This document shows, piece by piece, positions 1-16,888 of a stretch of 64,000 nucleotides of DNA (the first letter of the stretch is position 1; each line of letters begins with the position of its first letter). The position numbers and the translations under genes are program-made. The stretch comes from Ramazzottius varieornatus. Lineage: Eukaryota; Animalia; Tardigrada. Below the pieces are notes generated by a model. The model was not told the origin of the DNA and made no database searches. It saw only the letters and a list, made by a program, of their open reading frames with translations. The DNA lies in the NCBI GenBank assembly GCA_001949185.1, contig BDGG01000004.1:2794912-2858911 (forward strand), in the 5' to 3' direction.

Positions 1-4077
<4,077 letters not shown>

Positions 4078-5681
4078 CCTGTTGTAGAGTCGACGATCCG
4101 GACACGCTCTTTAGACCTGCAAGTTCAAAGCCGATCAGGCGTGAAGTTTTCTGTCACTCTTCATTATGATGCTTTCGACTGGAGTCCCGCATCACAGCTA
4201 ATAATGAAGAAAGCTAACACAGAAAGATTTGGGAAAAGTACGACCTCAACAGCATATTAATTGTGCCAGCAAATACACAACAGTAGAAACATGCCTAGAA
4301 TTTGCTGATGTAAAAGGCTATTTGCTGCGTTCGGTTCAGCCGTGAGTTTCGCGCTCAGATCGGAGAACAGCATGCTTTCTCAAGTACCATATATTCTTTC
4401 CAAAAAAACTGAAAGAATCCAAGCGTATCGCTACACGCCCATAGAGTCGCATTGGTGGACATTTTCGAACGGAAGCTAGTAAATCAATATACTACAACAG
4501 CGCCGCAGTAGCATGTCTGAGAACGCGAGAATAGTAAGACTGCAGTTCTGAAAAGGCAGCCAACCGAAAAAGAACGAAAGGCAGATTTGACATTCCTCTG
4601 CAACGAAATAATGTTAATTTACATGTCAGCGGAATTTAGCTGTTTTGAGAGGCCTAGAGGAAAAACTACGCATAACGGGTGGGGACCCCTTATTCTGTCT
4701 TGCGACCGCACGAATAATTTTTTATGGCGAACACAAAAAGAATTACGATCTTTGCTATTGGAATGTATCAAAAACAAGGCTTTATCGCCGGGTGTCTGCC
4801 GAGGTCCAACAGACCGTGGCTAACCTTGAGGCATTGTCACCGGAAAACGATCGCTGGAAAACGATCTACTTGTCTGGTCAGACATCCTTACCTATGTCTG
4901 ATATCACAAACCCGCTGTCATTTCCTTGTCTGATCTGCGAACCCGTGCTTTTAATTTGAAGACCCTGGAAGAGGTTCTCGACTCTCGAAGTAATCCGTTC
5001 CTATCGTGTAAACATGGCATCAGCCGGAAGCACGGAAGTGGGCATACTGGAACCCCTGTTTCAATTCACAGCAGCGTCTATAAAGAGGAATATCATGGTC
5101 AAACATGAGTTCTCGCTATAGGAGGATCAAAGGCGCTCTGACTTGGCGCAGATTTCACGTCGGTACTAGGACACCACTGAAGGTAGAACATGAAAACCAG
5201 GTGTGGATAAATGGTCAATGGTTGGCCCATGTACAGAGCAATGTTTACTCACAGCGAGATAATTCCGTTGAACGTACTCATCAGAGAGTCGCCGATAGAT
5301 TAGAGATCTAGATGTACTGGAGCAGAAACCTGCTACGTAACGTAAATGCATAGTTGACAGTTAATGGCCTTGACTTTTTCCTTGCTACCTCTGACTACTG
5401 TTGGCCATCTGTTGGCAACTCCACCGACCACAGGTATGCAGAGACTCCAGCAGATCACCAGCTGGCTGCAACAAGAAACCACAAGCCCCGTACAACATCC
5501 GGGTTTGCGAACGAACAGCTGTCTCGTACGTACGTCACCTGCGTTTTGTCATATCCAGACGGTGTCATGGTTCCAGATTCAAGAAGGGTTCCAACTTCAT
5601 AGAGAACCGAAAGGCCCACAGAATCTTGGAAAACCCAGGGTGAACACCGCGAGATAAAGTTATTCATTACGCACCATTAAG

Positions 5682-5895
5682 TGGGCCAGCGGCAGAGGAG
5701 ATCAATAAGGCGTGGCAGATGACATCAAATAGAGCGGGCCATGAAATTAAAGAATATTCATTTACGACCAATGAACGAACAATACCTTCGACTTGGACAA
5801 ACTTGATTGGGCGGCTATAGATAATTTTCTCTCTGTTCCCGCGCCATACTTCCCAAACTAGCCCCGCCTTACTGATCTGCTCTGCCGCTGGCCCA
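5682..5895. mobile_element. 214-bp MITE-like element with 35-bp terminal inverted repeats
   Basis: 5682-5716 matches the reverse complement of 5861-5895 at 32/35. Interior is non-coding. TTA lies two bases outside each end (possible PIF/Harbinger-type TSD). Confidence 0.7.
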
Positions 5896-5943
5896 AGTTA
5901 GATGGTGCAACAGGTGATCAGCACAATACAAATAGCGGGACAA

Positions 5944-5969
5944 CGCGAAATTCATGAAGCATCACAGTA
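5944..5969. repeat. Solo copy of the terminal arm of the 6596-6741 element
   Basis: cgcgaaattcatgaagcatcacagta matches the right arm cgcgaagttcatgaagcattacagta at 24/26. Confidence 0.7.
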
Positions 5970-6039
5970 AACTGCTAAGGGAGAAATTTCATCCCATCTT
6001 CCAGCGTCCTGTCCTGTGCCTGTCTTATCCCATCTCCAG

Positions 6040-6372
6040 CACGACAAAGACGACGACAGTGATGAAGAAGACGATGACCATGACGACAAGGACATCAGCG
6101 AAGAAAATGATGATGACGACGATGATGATGAAGATAAGGACAATGAAGAGGATGAAGAAGATGACGAAGAGGAACGCGGAAACCCGCCTCATGGTCCGGC
6201 CAACCGCGGAAGACAGTCTGAGTTCCGTCGACCGAGCAGTAACTTACCTTATGTCGTTAAAAAGTGTGCTCCAGCCTCCAGTGCAGAGATTGGTATGGGT
6301 GTGATGGCTGGCACTGAGCAAAGAGATCCCAAAAATAATTTAAAGCAGGACGCTAGAAAAAGATGGGCCTGA
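6040..6372 (+). other. Asp/Glu-rich low-complexity ORF segment; possible terminal exon of an unidentified or decayed gene
   Basis: GAT/GAC/GAA-rich tract reading HDKDDDSDEEDDD..., preceded by a pyrimidine tract and CAG acceptor (6038-6039), open to TGA at 6372. No upstream exon identified. Confidence 0.35.
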
Positions 6373-6595
6373 AGGACTAACTCCCGTGATTAGTTACAAT
6401 GTTCTGAATTCTCCCGATTCGTATTCTGCAGAACGTATGAATTTTTCCACCGTTTCTGGCGTGTCTCTTTTACATGGCTCAACTTGCAACTGTTAGCGAG
6501 CGCGTGGCTTCGCCCTACGAAAGAGAATTGTCCTGTATGAGGAACTGTGGAAGTAGCCGAAGAACTGAAAAAACTACAATACGAGTACTCCGCAA

Positions 6596-6741
6596 TACTG
6601 TGATGCTTCATGAACTTCGCGAAATACGTCTGGTATACGCGAAATATCCCTTAGGGGGTTGGTAGCGAAAAGTTTTCGGACTGGGGCTCAACTCGACATC
6701 TGTAATGACGTAGTTCGCGAAGTTCATGAAGCATTACAGTA
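6596..6741. mobile_element. 146-bp palindromic MITE-like element (family shared with 54967-55112)
   Basis: 6596-6630 matches the reverse complement of 6707-6741 at 33/35. Ends are TACTGT...ACAGTA. Confidence 0.75.
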
Positions 6742-7068
6742 GTGCATAGTGGAGTAAAGTAATCAGAATGTCGTTCCTTCCGGAATCCTGATTCCGGATT
6801 CTTCTCGAACAGGCAAAATCCAGAACCAGAATCATCTGGACTCTAGAATAGTTTCCTCAAAATAATGTCGTCGGCATGCCAATTTGCTGTCTGAACATCA
6901 AGCTGCAGAGTAATGCGAAGAGGATTGATTGAAATGCTGACTCGATTCACTGGATATCACTTCAAGCCTGCAGTGACAACCCGGTTTTAACGGTCCTAAC
7001 TCACAAGTCTTGTTTGTGCAGTGGAAGCCGTTATTTTCCTCTTTGAAAGTGAATGTGCCAAAGGGACA

Positions 7069-9326
7069 ATGGCCGTTCCTGCGAGTCTTTCGATGTACCA
7101 GCAGTTCAAGAATCTCCACGAAGAAGAGCTGTTTGATTCGCTGGTGGATCTCGGAGATTTGTTCCTGACATCGGATTCTCGACCGCGAAACCTCACTGCT
7201 CAACGTGATCTACTGAAAGGCGCTCGTGAAGAATTTCGATGCGTTGTCCTGTACGGCTATGCGTTGTTTCAGGAGCATCGATATCGACAAGCCATCGACG
7301 TCTATGGCCGAGCTTGTTCCATGCTACTCCACACCTATCCTCCACCTGGATCCGTTGGTCGAATTGGAGGTGAGTGTGCTCGCATTCGGGACAAGGGAGA
7401 TGAGTTGGCCACCTCGAAATCATATAGCTTTCGCTGACGTCATCCAGTTGATATCAGGTGTGGCCGATTCAGCTTTCTTGCCACGGCAGCATATTTTTTT
7501 TATAAAGCTGTTCTTGGATTGCAGGACGCTCTGTTAATGGACCTAAGGTTGAATCTCCTCCTGGAACACTGGGCTTCGAACGTCTCTTCACTGAAGATGA
7601 TATAAAATACCGGTTAGCTCAAGCCTGGTGGCTGCTAGGTGATGTGGGTGAAGCCACATGCGTGTTGGAAACTATCCCTCCTGTGAATCGTTCCGCCAAG
7701 ACACTGATACTGATGATCAAGCTGAACTCTACCCGGACAGCCTACGTCTTGGACAAACTGAAGCAAGTGTTACGGCAAGTTCCTCTTGCGTTAAGGGTTC
7801 TTCAGTCGTGGTTTCAGAATGGTGGAAAACTTGTGGAGTTGAATGCGAATCTTGGGAAGAACGTTCAAGAGGAGAAGGTCTCTCAGCTGCTAAATCGTCT
7901 AGTCCAATCCCATTCGTTCTACTTCACCGGAAGTATACAGAGCGCCTACCAGAACGCCACCGTACTGCAGGTATGACCATCTAGTTTTCCGTTTGACAAA
8001 GATCATCCATGTGTTAGAGTTCATCATCAAGTTCGTTTTTGCAGGAAGATCCTGTGCTGTCGCATAATCCAACAATCATGATGCTGCAAGCGAGATGCCA
8101 AACGGCTCTAGGAAACCTCGACCACGCTGCCAGAATCTACTCCAGTATCGACCACGGAAACCCCAACTTCTTTCAAGATATGGATGATTACGCTGCTTTG
8201 TTGTTCGAACAAGGGGAGAAGAACCAGCCTGCTCAACAGTCTCTCCAGAAATTGTCAGACAGACTGCTGAAGACGGCTAGTCTTTCTCCCGAAGCCTGGG
8301 TGGCTAAAGGCTACAGCGCACTCAGTCGAAAGGTAAGGCACTTTGTTACTTTTGTATTTTGCTGATTATCATTTGAGGTAGTTGGACTGATGCCATCCTT
8401 TTTCTTTTAGGATATGGGCTCTGCTTTGAAGTACGCCGAACACGCCAACTCGCTCGACGACAACCGTTTCCGAACGCATGTTCTTCTTGGCCTAGTCTAC
8501 TTGAAGAAAGATGAGTTGGCCCCTGCACAACGATGTTTCCGTAAAGCTCTGGAAATCGTCCCAACCTGCCTGGAAGCCCATCGCTACTTGATAGAGACGT
8601 ACCAGAGGAAGGTGGGGGAGAAAGAGACTATCGTCGCGGCACAGAATATGTACCGCGCGTGCAAAAAGAACCCACGATGTGTACAGTACTACGCCGACTG
8701 TCTTCTTCAGTATAGCAGCCGGATACGAGAACTGACGGGTATCCTGGAGAAACACATGAAGGCTTATCCATCCGATCAGAAATCAGGTATATTATGAAAA
8801 ACGTAACGAAATATCAATTCGGAGCTCGGCAAACAACTTCGGCAGATCGTCTTCCCAAGTGGCGCACGCTTCTAGCCAGTATCTCTGATAATGTGCGCTA
8901 TTTGAGAAGACGATCTGGTCGAGTTTGACTGCCGAGCATCCGGAAATAATATTTTAAAGGGTTTCTTGTTTAGGTATTCTCCTGGCACAAGCGTACGAGA
9001 AGATGAAGCAACCAGAGAAGGCCATCGAGGTACTCAAGAAGCAGTTGTGTCGCGGAAACCTGAAAGAAATCCACGAATCGTTGTCTCGGTTGTACCGTCT
9101 GACGGATAATGCGGAAAAAGAAGCGGAGCATTCGAGTCTTGCTGCTGCCGTCCCTTTGCCAAACATGGCCGATCCGAGAGCAGACAGTCCCTTACCCGGT
9201 CCCAGTGGATCTTCTTTCCGTGGCTCACCAGGCTCCGCACGTGACTCTGCCAACGAAGAAATTAATGACTCCGATAACGAAGAGGATGAAGACGACAATG
9301 AAGGGATGGAATCAGGACTCGAATGA
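7069..9326 (+). CDS. ANAPC7: Anaphase-promoting complex subunit 7 (TPR protein)
   Basis: Spliced product contains YGYALFQEHRYRQAI, EDDIKYRLAQAW, VLETIPPVNRSAK and KQVLRQVPLAL, resembling the APC7 N-terminus. Then TPR repeats (MDDYAALL, PEAWVAKGY, FRKALEIVPTCLEAH) and an acidic tail. Confidence 0.85.
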
Positions 9327-10223
9327 CACTCCTCTGTTCCTCTACATAGTCTCGCATGACTTACCTGCATATTTTACGGTTCGTGCTGCGGTTTTACCAT
9401 ATGGATGTTTTTACGTATATAATTATTTCCTAGTCGCCTAAAGAAGGGAACTTTTTGCACATTTCGACGCAGTTTCCCGCACCTGTTTAAGCTTCCTCTT
9501 ACCGGGAAGTCGGAAAGTCGTAAAAGAAATACAAGTTGACTAACTAGGAAGGTTTGCAAATGGGAGCGGACCTCTCATAAAATCGCTCTCGTCAGTCGTC
9601 ACTAAGTTTTCGCCCTGCTTGCAGGTGACACGGACGATCGAGAGTGCGCTATTTACGATACTACAGTAGTGTCACCAAAAGCGCTCGTTGTGGATGTACG
9701 AACGTAGCTTGCCACTGGACATAGACGGCTGAACGTCAGCCAGGAGCTTGCCACACTCAGGGACGGTCGGAGTGTCTACCGTAATCCGAATGAGGTGCCA
9801 CCTTACCTGCCATCCGATGTATCCTTTGAGGAGCTCAAAGCTGACGGCCTTGTACGTGGATCAGGATTTGTATAGAGGACGTATTTGCCTAAAAGATTTC
9901 CACGACGAGAGACCGAGGCTTCTAACGTACTGCAGAGGTCTCTGTGCATCAGACGTCGTGCTTCGGACGGCGGACTTTCATTAATTGTCCACTCGAGGCT
10001 CTCCACGGCTCTCGAGCGATCAATCGAGACACTGTTGGCTGGTACTTGCAGTTAAGAAAGCGTTTATGGATATTAATTGTCCTAGTGTTGTTTGAATTAC
10101 ATGGCTGATTATACCGTATTATCAAAACATATGGCGTAATAGGGGCTTCAGCCAATGTCCGTCGTTGACAGTATCGTCTCGGTGGTCCTTGGATAATTTA
10201 GACCGCCAAAGGACTCCTCTGTG

Positions 10224-13200
10224 ATGGATATGTGGAATGAATCGCTCGTTACGCCCTCCGGAACTTTGATAAATGGGACCGCACTCGAGATGCAGGAGCT
10301 ATCCTCCAGTGCGGATCCACTGGATGGAAACGCTACGGATCTCCCGCTGGATGTGCATTCCTTGTATGAGCACACGCCGCCTCCATACTCCATTTTGTCG
10401 GTTTTTGTCATCATTCTACTTGGCGGTAAGACTTGCCTTCTTTTCTCGAAACAATAATACCGGTGGTCCGTTTATTACGCGACAACTGATGAAGTTTCGG
10501 TTTTTTAGTCTTTATGCGATATCTACAACCAAGGCTTCCCATTCCCTACACGGTGGTCATCATGCTGCTTGGAGTAATCTATGGTCTAGTCGCCGCAAAA
10601 GCCTACCCGCCTTTGTTAAATTATACCGCGATGGTACGTTTGAACTTCCTTCTGCAGAGTTCAACATACATGTGATCCATTCTATGTTTTGTAGACAAGG
10701 ATCGATCCTCACTGGATACTCCATCTGTTCTTGCCGGCTCTGATATTTGAATCGTCTTTCGCGATAAATTTGGGAATGTTTAGAAGCACAATGGGCAGTA
10801 TTTTACTGCTAGCAACGGTCGGCCTAGGTGAGGTCTAGATTATTTAAAGTAGCACATCTGTAACATAAGATGTAAGCTTTGGTTGGCTATAGAAGGCTCA
10901 GCGAAGCTAAAATAAGCCGTTTTAGCCGTTCTTAGCCGTGGCTAAAAAAATATTTTAGCAGCTAAAATACTTTTAGCCACAGCTAGAAGGTATTGTGCGT
11001 TCGAATGATTTACTGATGCCAAAACTATTTTGGCCGACTCAACATCAATGAATCAATCGATCGCACAATACATTTTAGCCGTCGCTAAAAGTATTTTAGC
11101 TGCTTCAGCCGCGGCTAAAATATTTTTAGCCACGGCTATGAACGGCTAAAGCGGCTTATTTTAGCTTCGCCGAGCCGTCTATATGGTTGGCCACTCAGTC
11201 GCCACTGCACCTTTAAGGTATTGGTTATAGTACTGAAATTCTTCAAATGTTCATGTTTGACAGCAATCGCCACTGGTCTGACATCGATCGTCGTGAGATA
11301 TGCTTTCTCTTATGGATGGGACTGGTGCACCTCCCTGGTGAGGAACGAAGAACAGCAAAACAATAGTTCCATATATTCAACCACTTTTATTGAAGGCTTG
11401 CCGAAACTTGTTTACAAATAAGAATCTAATACAATAAGCGATGCACAATTGCAGATGTTCGGTGCGCTAATTTCCGCCACGGATCCAGGTACAGCAAGAC
11501 ATCCCCGAGTTTGGTTCACTGGTCAAAGATGATTCGTTGTGTTTCAATAGTTGCGGTCGTCGCTCTGCTCAAAGATGTGGGTAAGTTCGCGGCCAGATTA
11601 TTCCATTTGATATATAATTCGTTCCAAGTGAATCAAGGGATTTTCGCGATCACGGTAGGTACCTCACCGGCACTGGGCGTGGTTTTGGAAGGCGAGTCAC
11701 TACTGAACGATGGCACAGCTATCATTCTGTTCAACATATTCTTGGCTCTGAGCATCCCGTCGGATAACTTTAGCGGTAATTTCACCATTCACTGTGGCTA
11801 AGTTACTTTCCCGTTACTGTATATAAGATTAATTTTGGGTTCGAATCAGGCGAATCTTTGGCTGTGCAGTCGGTGCTGACCGTGGCTGGCGGACCTTTGT
11901 TCGGGTTCGCGGCGGGATGGACACTTGTGGGTCTGTTGGGGAAGATATCGAGCGATGCGATTTCCGAAGTGTGCTTGACCCTGACAGCTGCTTATCTGAC
12001 ATTTTACGTCAGCGAGGCAGTGTTAGGAATATCCGGAGTTCTGGCTGTTGTGGCTTTGGGCGTGGTCATGAATTCTCAAAGAACCGTAATAAGCCCAGAA
12101 GTCGACCCTTGGATGCACGAGTATGTGTCAGTCTCACTTGAACCGCATTGGAAGTTTTGTGACCCTGATTTTCTGCGCGTACGATCTGGCAGGTTTTGGG
12201 ACATCATTACGTACATCGCCAACACGCTGATTTTCGTTATTGTCGTACGTGGGCTTGCCCGTTTCCCATTGCACACCCCCAGTACATACTGCGTCAACGT
12301 TTTACTGCTTATCCAGGGACTCACAATAGCAGAGCACGCCTTGTTCAATTTCGAAAATATGGATTGGATAAACCTGCTTATTTTGTGGCCCGCGTTAATT
12401 GTAATTAGGTATGCTGAATATCTTCCAGCCTCCTTGCTTCGTTTACTTATTAAGTCTTCGTAAATCTTGTCTTGTTCTACAGACTAATTAGCATTGTGGT
12501 GTGTCTGCCATTGATCCGATGCGTGGAGAAGACCGGTACTTGTAACTGGAAGAACGTGTTGGTGATGAGCTGGGGAGGACTTAGAGGTAATCGGCGCTGA
12601 AACCAGATACTGGCCCGTCTGCACCACTGGTTTTCTCTTCGCTTTGACCACGAAAGGCTCTTGATTAATTGTAGGTGCGGTTAGCCTTGCCTTGGCCATG
12701 ACAGTCAGCAGGGACCCGCGACTTGACCAGGACTCCATCGGAAATAAGGTGCCATTATTAGGTTGAACCAACATGTTCGCAAAACCTCCTTTCAGCCTGA
12801 ATGCCGGTACTGAAAAAAGCGATAGTACATCTCTTTCACGTTTCGTCTTTTCAAAGGTTCTTGTCCATACCTCCGGGATAGTCATGCTAACATTATTGGT
12901 CAATGGGACGACAACCGCAAAACTCCTCAGCGTGCTTGGTACGTATGCACGTTTAGCTCTCCCATGCTTGATCTTTTGAACCATTAGAATACAGTAGGTT
13001 CTTCTCACGCAGGTATGAGCCGAATACCAGAAGACACCATTTCAGCAGTGGACAACGCCCTCCGGTTTATCTTTAAGAAGCGAGACGAGAAGATTACGTC
13101 GCTAAAAAAGGATCACTTTTTGGAAGATGTCAATTGGGGATCCGTTACCAGTTATACGCTGTTGCAAAATCCTTACAAGGTAAAGTTTTTCCTCTGCCCA

Positions 13201-16162
13201 CATTGAGTACTTCCTCACTGAATATCGTCTTCGTCCCCAGAGGTCCCGGAATACTCAGCAGAAAAAAGAGAAGGTGGTTTTTTCGTCCAGTTTTGCCGAA
13301 AAATGTAAATCCGAGACGGAAACGGACCTCGAGAGAACCCTTTATAGCACTCTGGACTACAAAGCGGCCCGTCGCATTTGGCTACAGCTGCTGAAGTCAC
13401 ACTTCTGGATCCAGTTTGAGCACGGGATGGTGTGCCGGCGAACCCTCCTCTACTTGAGCAGCTGCGTGGATGCTGCGCTTGCAAGGTCCGAAGGCCTCAT
13501 CGACCCGGAAGTTATAACAGGTCGTTTCACCATAGGACACAAGCTGACGTATTGCGTAAGTTCAAGATTCCCTTAGCTTAATTGACAGCCCGCTGATTTG
13601 ACTCTCGCATTGTCTTGTTTTTAGCAAAAGCTCGTCAACAAGCTGAGTGGACATGATACCAGCTGGGCCGGCCAAGGGCGTGATGCTGTGGAACCCGCCC
13701 ACGGAAACTGGGCCGAACGGATCGTCGAAGTTTACTGGTTCAAATCCGTTGTGCACACCTTGCTGTGCATCCATGTATCCTGTTCCGTCCTCAACTTGAT
13801 ATGGAACTTTCACGGGCATCATTTGGACGAAAATTTTTTTCACGAAAACGTTTACTTTGTTACAGCGAACGGTATGTTTGATGGTTTGCGTGTGCTCATT
13901 TAAGCTGGTACGTATCGTTATATCCGCCTATCTTTTCAGGATTTTTCTGTCTAGTGTACGGGATCGAGATCGTTCTTTCTGTAACTATCAATACTCGCAC
14001 TCTTGCTGCAAAAGATCCGCATAGTACTCTTACACACCGACGTTTTGTTCAACGGTCTTTGGTTTTCAGATGCTTGCTTACGGTTTTTCGAACTATATCA
14101 GGAACCACTGGAATAAGTTCGAGGTTTTCATTCAAGCCATTCTGCTTACCGATTTTGGTCTGGATGTTTATGTGCTGGCCGCGGGAGAGGCGGGACCATA
14201 CATATACAAGCATATGCTACGTTGTTTTGACGTTCTGAGTTTGCTCAGGATTTTACGAGTGATTCGTCTGATCAAGGTGAGTCTTTCGTCTCGTCGCCCT
14301 CAACATGCTCGAAGGTCCCGGCCACAACGAGTACGTCCCATATCTGTAGATATTCTTCCCGGTGATGGATACCCTGGTCGCCAGTCTGGTCACTCACCGC
14401 TTATTGAGCGGGTTCGAGATAGGGAAAGCTTTTGTGACAGCTCAGGACGACGCCACAAACTGGACTGAGAGCTTCTTCCAAAACTCAGCTGCCATTGATA
14501 GTATCAGAAAGACTGCAGATGCCGCCAGGAGCAGTGTTGGAATGGAACTCGGTATCCTCTTGTTAGAAAGGCCGGACATCGGTCGTTTTGTCAAGAAGCG
14601 GTACGCGTCACGCAAGGTTCTCCACTCCATGAAGAAGGATGTCTGCGAGCTGAAACAAAGAGGTCTCCTCGATGACAAAACAGCTCTGTTTCTGCAGAAG
14701 GTATCCACCTTTCTGACTCGGATGTAATATTTTGCGTCAACATCGTACAGTTTCATGCTTTTCTAGACCATAGATTCCAAGATGGAAAAGGTGTCCCGGA
14801 TACCGTACAGAATCCAGAATCCCGCGGAAATGTTGAAACGCATTCCATGGATCACGAATAATCGTCTTCGTTGCTTTCTTATGGTAATCAACCAGTGCTA
14901 TCATAGTACTGTCGTGCATTGTTGACAAGTATTGGTGTCGCTTGTCCATCTTTGTATCTTCAGGCCAAGGCGGAAGTTGCATCTTTTCCCAAGGGACACG
15001 CCCTTTTTACCGTCGGCGAGGAACCTGACGGGATATATTTACTGTTGTCTGGATCTGTAGAAGTGAGAAGCTTGGAAATTGTTCGGCGAATCAACTTCAC
15101 GGTCCGTACTTCTGCATATGGCCGATATCTTTTACAGGCGGTTTCTCTTCCGAACTTGGTGGTTTCGCACCAGGAATACAACGAGGAAATGACTTTTACG
15201 GCGGGTGACGTACTCGGCGAAAGAGCCATTTTGACGGGGAAACGTCTACACACCTCCTACATCTGTAAAAGTCCCATCCAGGTAAGCACCCTGCCTATAT
15301 GAACACTGTCTCGTCGCAGTATTTCAAGATTTATCCGTTACAGTGTCTGTTTATACCGCTGGAGACCATGAGTGAGGTCCTTACCGCTTTTGGCGGGTTG
15401 CGTCAGGAAATCTGGAACTGCTACGGCCGAAAGCTGGCAACTAGCATGCTGATGGCTCAGCCAACGCTTTGTGTAAGCTGCTCTGATAAAAGCTGCCCAT
15501 TTCGGCACAACGAAGTTCCGAAAAATGTCTTAATAGCAATAATCTAATGAGCATACTTTGTAGCACCTCTACGCTGACGATATACGGATACGGTTCTTGA
15601 ACAGAGGGACGGTCTTGATATTTAAGGGAGAATATCTGGAGCTGAATCCCAATTGGCAGCTGGTCGTACTTCTTCACGGGAGCTGCGTGGGTTTGCCGCA
15701 ACAGATTGCGATGGAAGGACCGAAGATCATATCGAAGCAGTTTCAGTCTTTGCATTTTACCCGCCAGGTGGGTGATGTAAGCCGTTTGTTGCGTAGTTGA
15801 AACTTACTGCTGGACACAATATCCACCTGTGGATGATGTAACGGAATGTGAGTAGAATGAGGATGCAGCGCACCATTCTGCGGTTTTCTGCCTGGAGTAC
15901 GACTATTTTCCGGCCAAATCGAGATCAACGGCGGCAAGCACAATGGTGGCTCATGACAACATGACCTATCTGTCGGATGACTGACGATGCTCCGGTACGC
16001 GTTAAAAGCTTTGTTTACTCACTTGATACTGACTTTTGATTTTATGTTCCTGAATAGGTCGCGATCACATTAATAGATGTGCCAGAAGTTTCGAAAAACT
16101 TCCGTGTCGAAGAAAAGGAGATAAGAGAAGATCATTCCCCCCTCTCTGATCATCAGGTATAA
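10224..16162 (+). CDS. SLC9C1: SLC9C-type (sperm-type) Na+/H+ exchanger with voltage-sensing and cyclic-nucleotide-binding domains, paralog A
   Basis: NHE motifs IPYTVV, FLPALIFES, SATDP|VAVV, EGESLLNDG, SGVLAVV, WGGLR|GAV, LLVNGTT. VSD: WNKFE and LRILRVIRLIK. CNBD: GEEPDGIYLLLSG...GDVLGE. The last exon (16058-16162) is less certain. Confidence 0.9.
10888..11183. mobile_element. 296-bp fold-back MITE in an intron of SLC9C paralog A, with 8-bp TSD
   Basis: Long imperfect inverted arms (about 10888-11004 and 11057-11183) built from TTAGCC/GGCTAA-like subrepeats. Exact TGGTTGGC duplication at 10880-10887 and 11184-11191. Confidence 0.9.
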
Positions 16163-16888
16163 TTTTAGTACCATTGAGTTATGATGATCGGTATTCAAAA
16201 GATCAAATCACCCGGTCCTCGTGAATCGCATATCTCCCTTCGCGCCTGTTATACTCCATATCACCGAGATTAATAGAGCCCTGTGACAGATGAGAGCTTT
16301 GGCAAACAAACTCGACAAGATTGTTTTACTCAGTCGCGCACGTTTTCAGTTTGTTCGGCTGGAAGCGTGCGTCACTTGGAACAACAACACTGCTGGGTTT
16401 CTTTGTCGAGCTCTCGGTTGGTATATGTAACGCCTGTAGGGTGATCATCTGCTAATACCTACTGGTAGCTAAAATACATTAAACTTTTTATGCTAAAGAC
16501 GATGTTTCGTTTTAACGAGATTCTTCGTAACCGTACTATCCCGCCAGCAAGCACAGAATATTAATCTCAAGTGTACCTTGAGCATGACAACACGGTATAT
16601 ACCTTCCCTTGTCAGCCATGGATATACTACCGGCGCATCAACGTGTCAAATACATAAACATTAGCACTAAAACTACACCTAAAAAACATCCAAACGATAA
16701 AAGACTCCATCGCATTCGGGTTCTTCTTTTGGTACGCGTCCTAGCTAACGTCTCTTGGCGAAGCGCGCAAGTTGAACCGATACAATCGGTATTATAATGT
16801 GACACATTCGAAAGCTTTGGACTTGTCACTTGTCACTGTGCTGGAAGTGGACACTGCATTGTTGCCTTCGGGACCAAGCTCTTGAACG

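Noticed and set aside
4587-5667. Cluster of overlapping short ORFs
   Set aside because: No recognisable motif or consistent exon chain; possibly a decayed gene or TE, but unsupported.
6779-6798. Palindrome tccggaatc-ct-gattccgga upstream of APC7
   Set aside because: Single short instance with no independent support.
9720-9730. catagacggct resembling the intronic MITE terminus
   Set aside because: Only ~10 bp and no partner end found.
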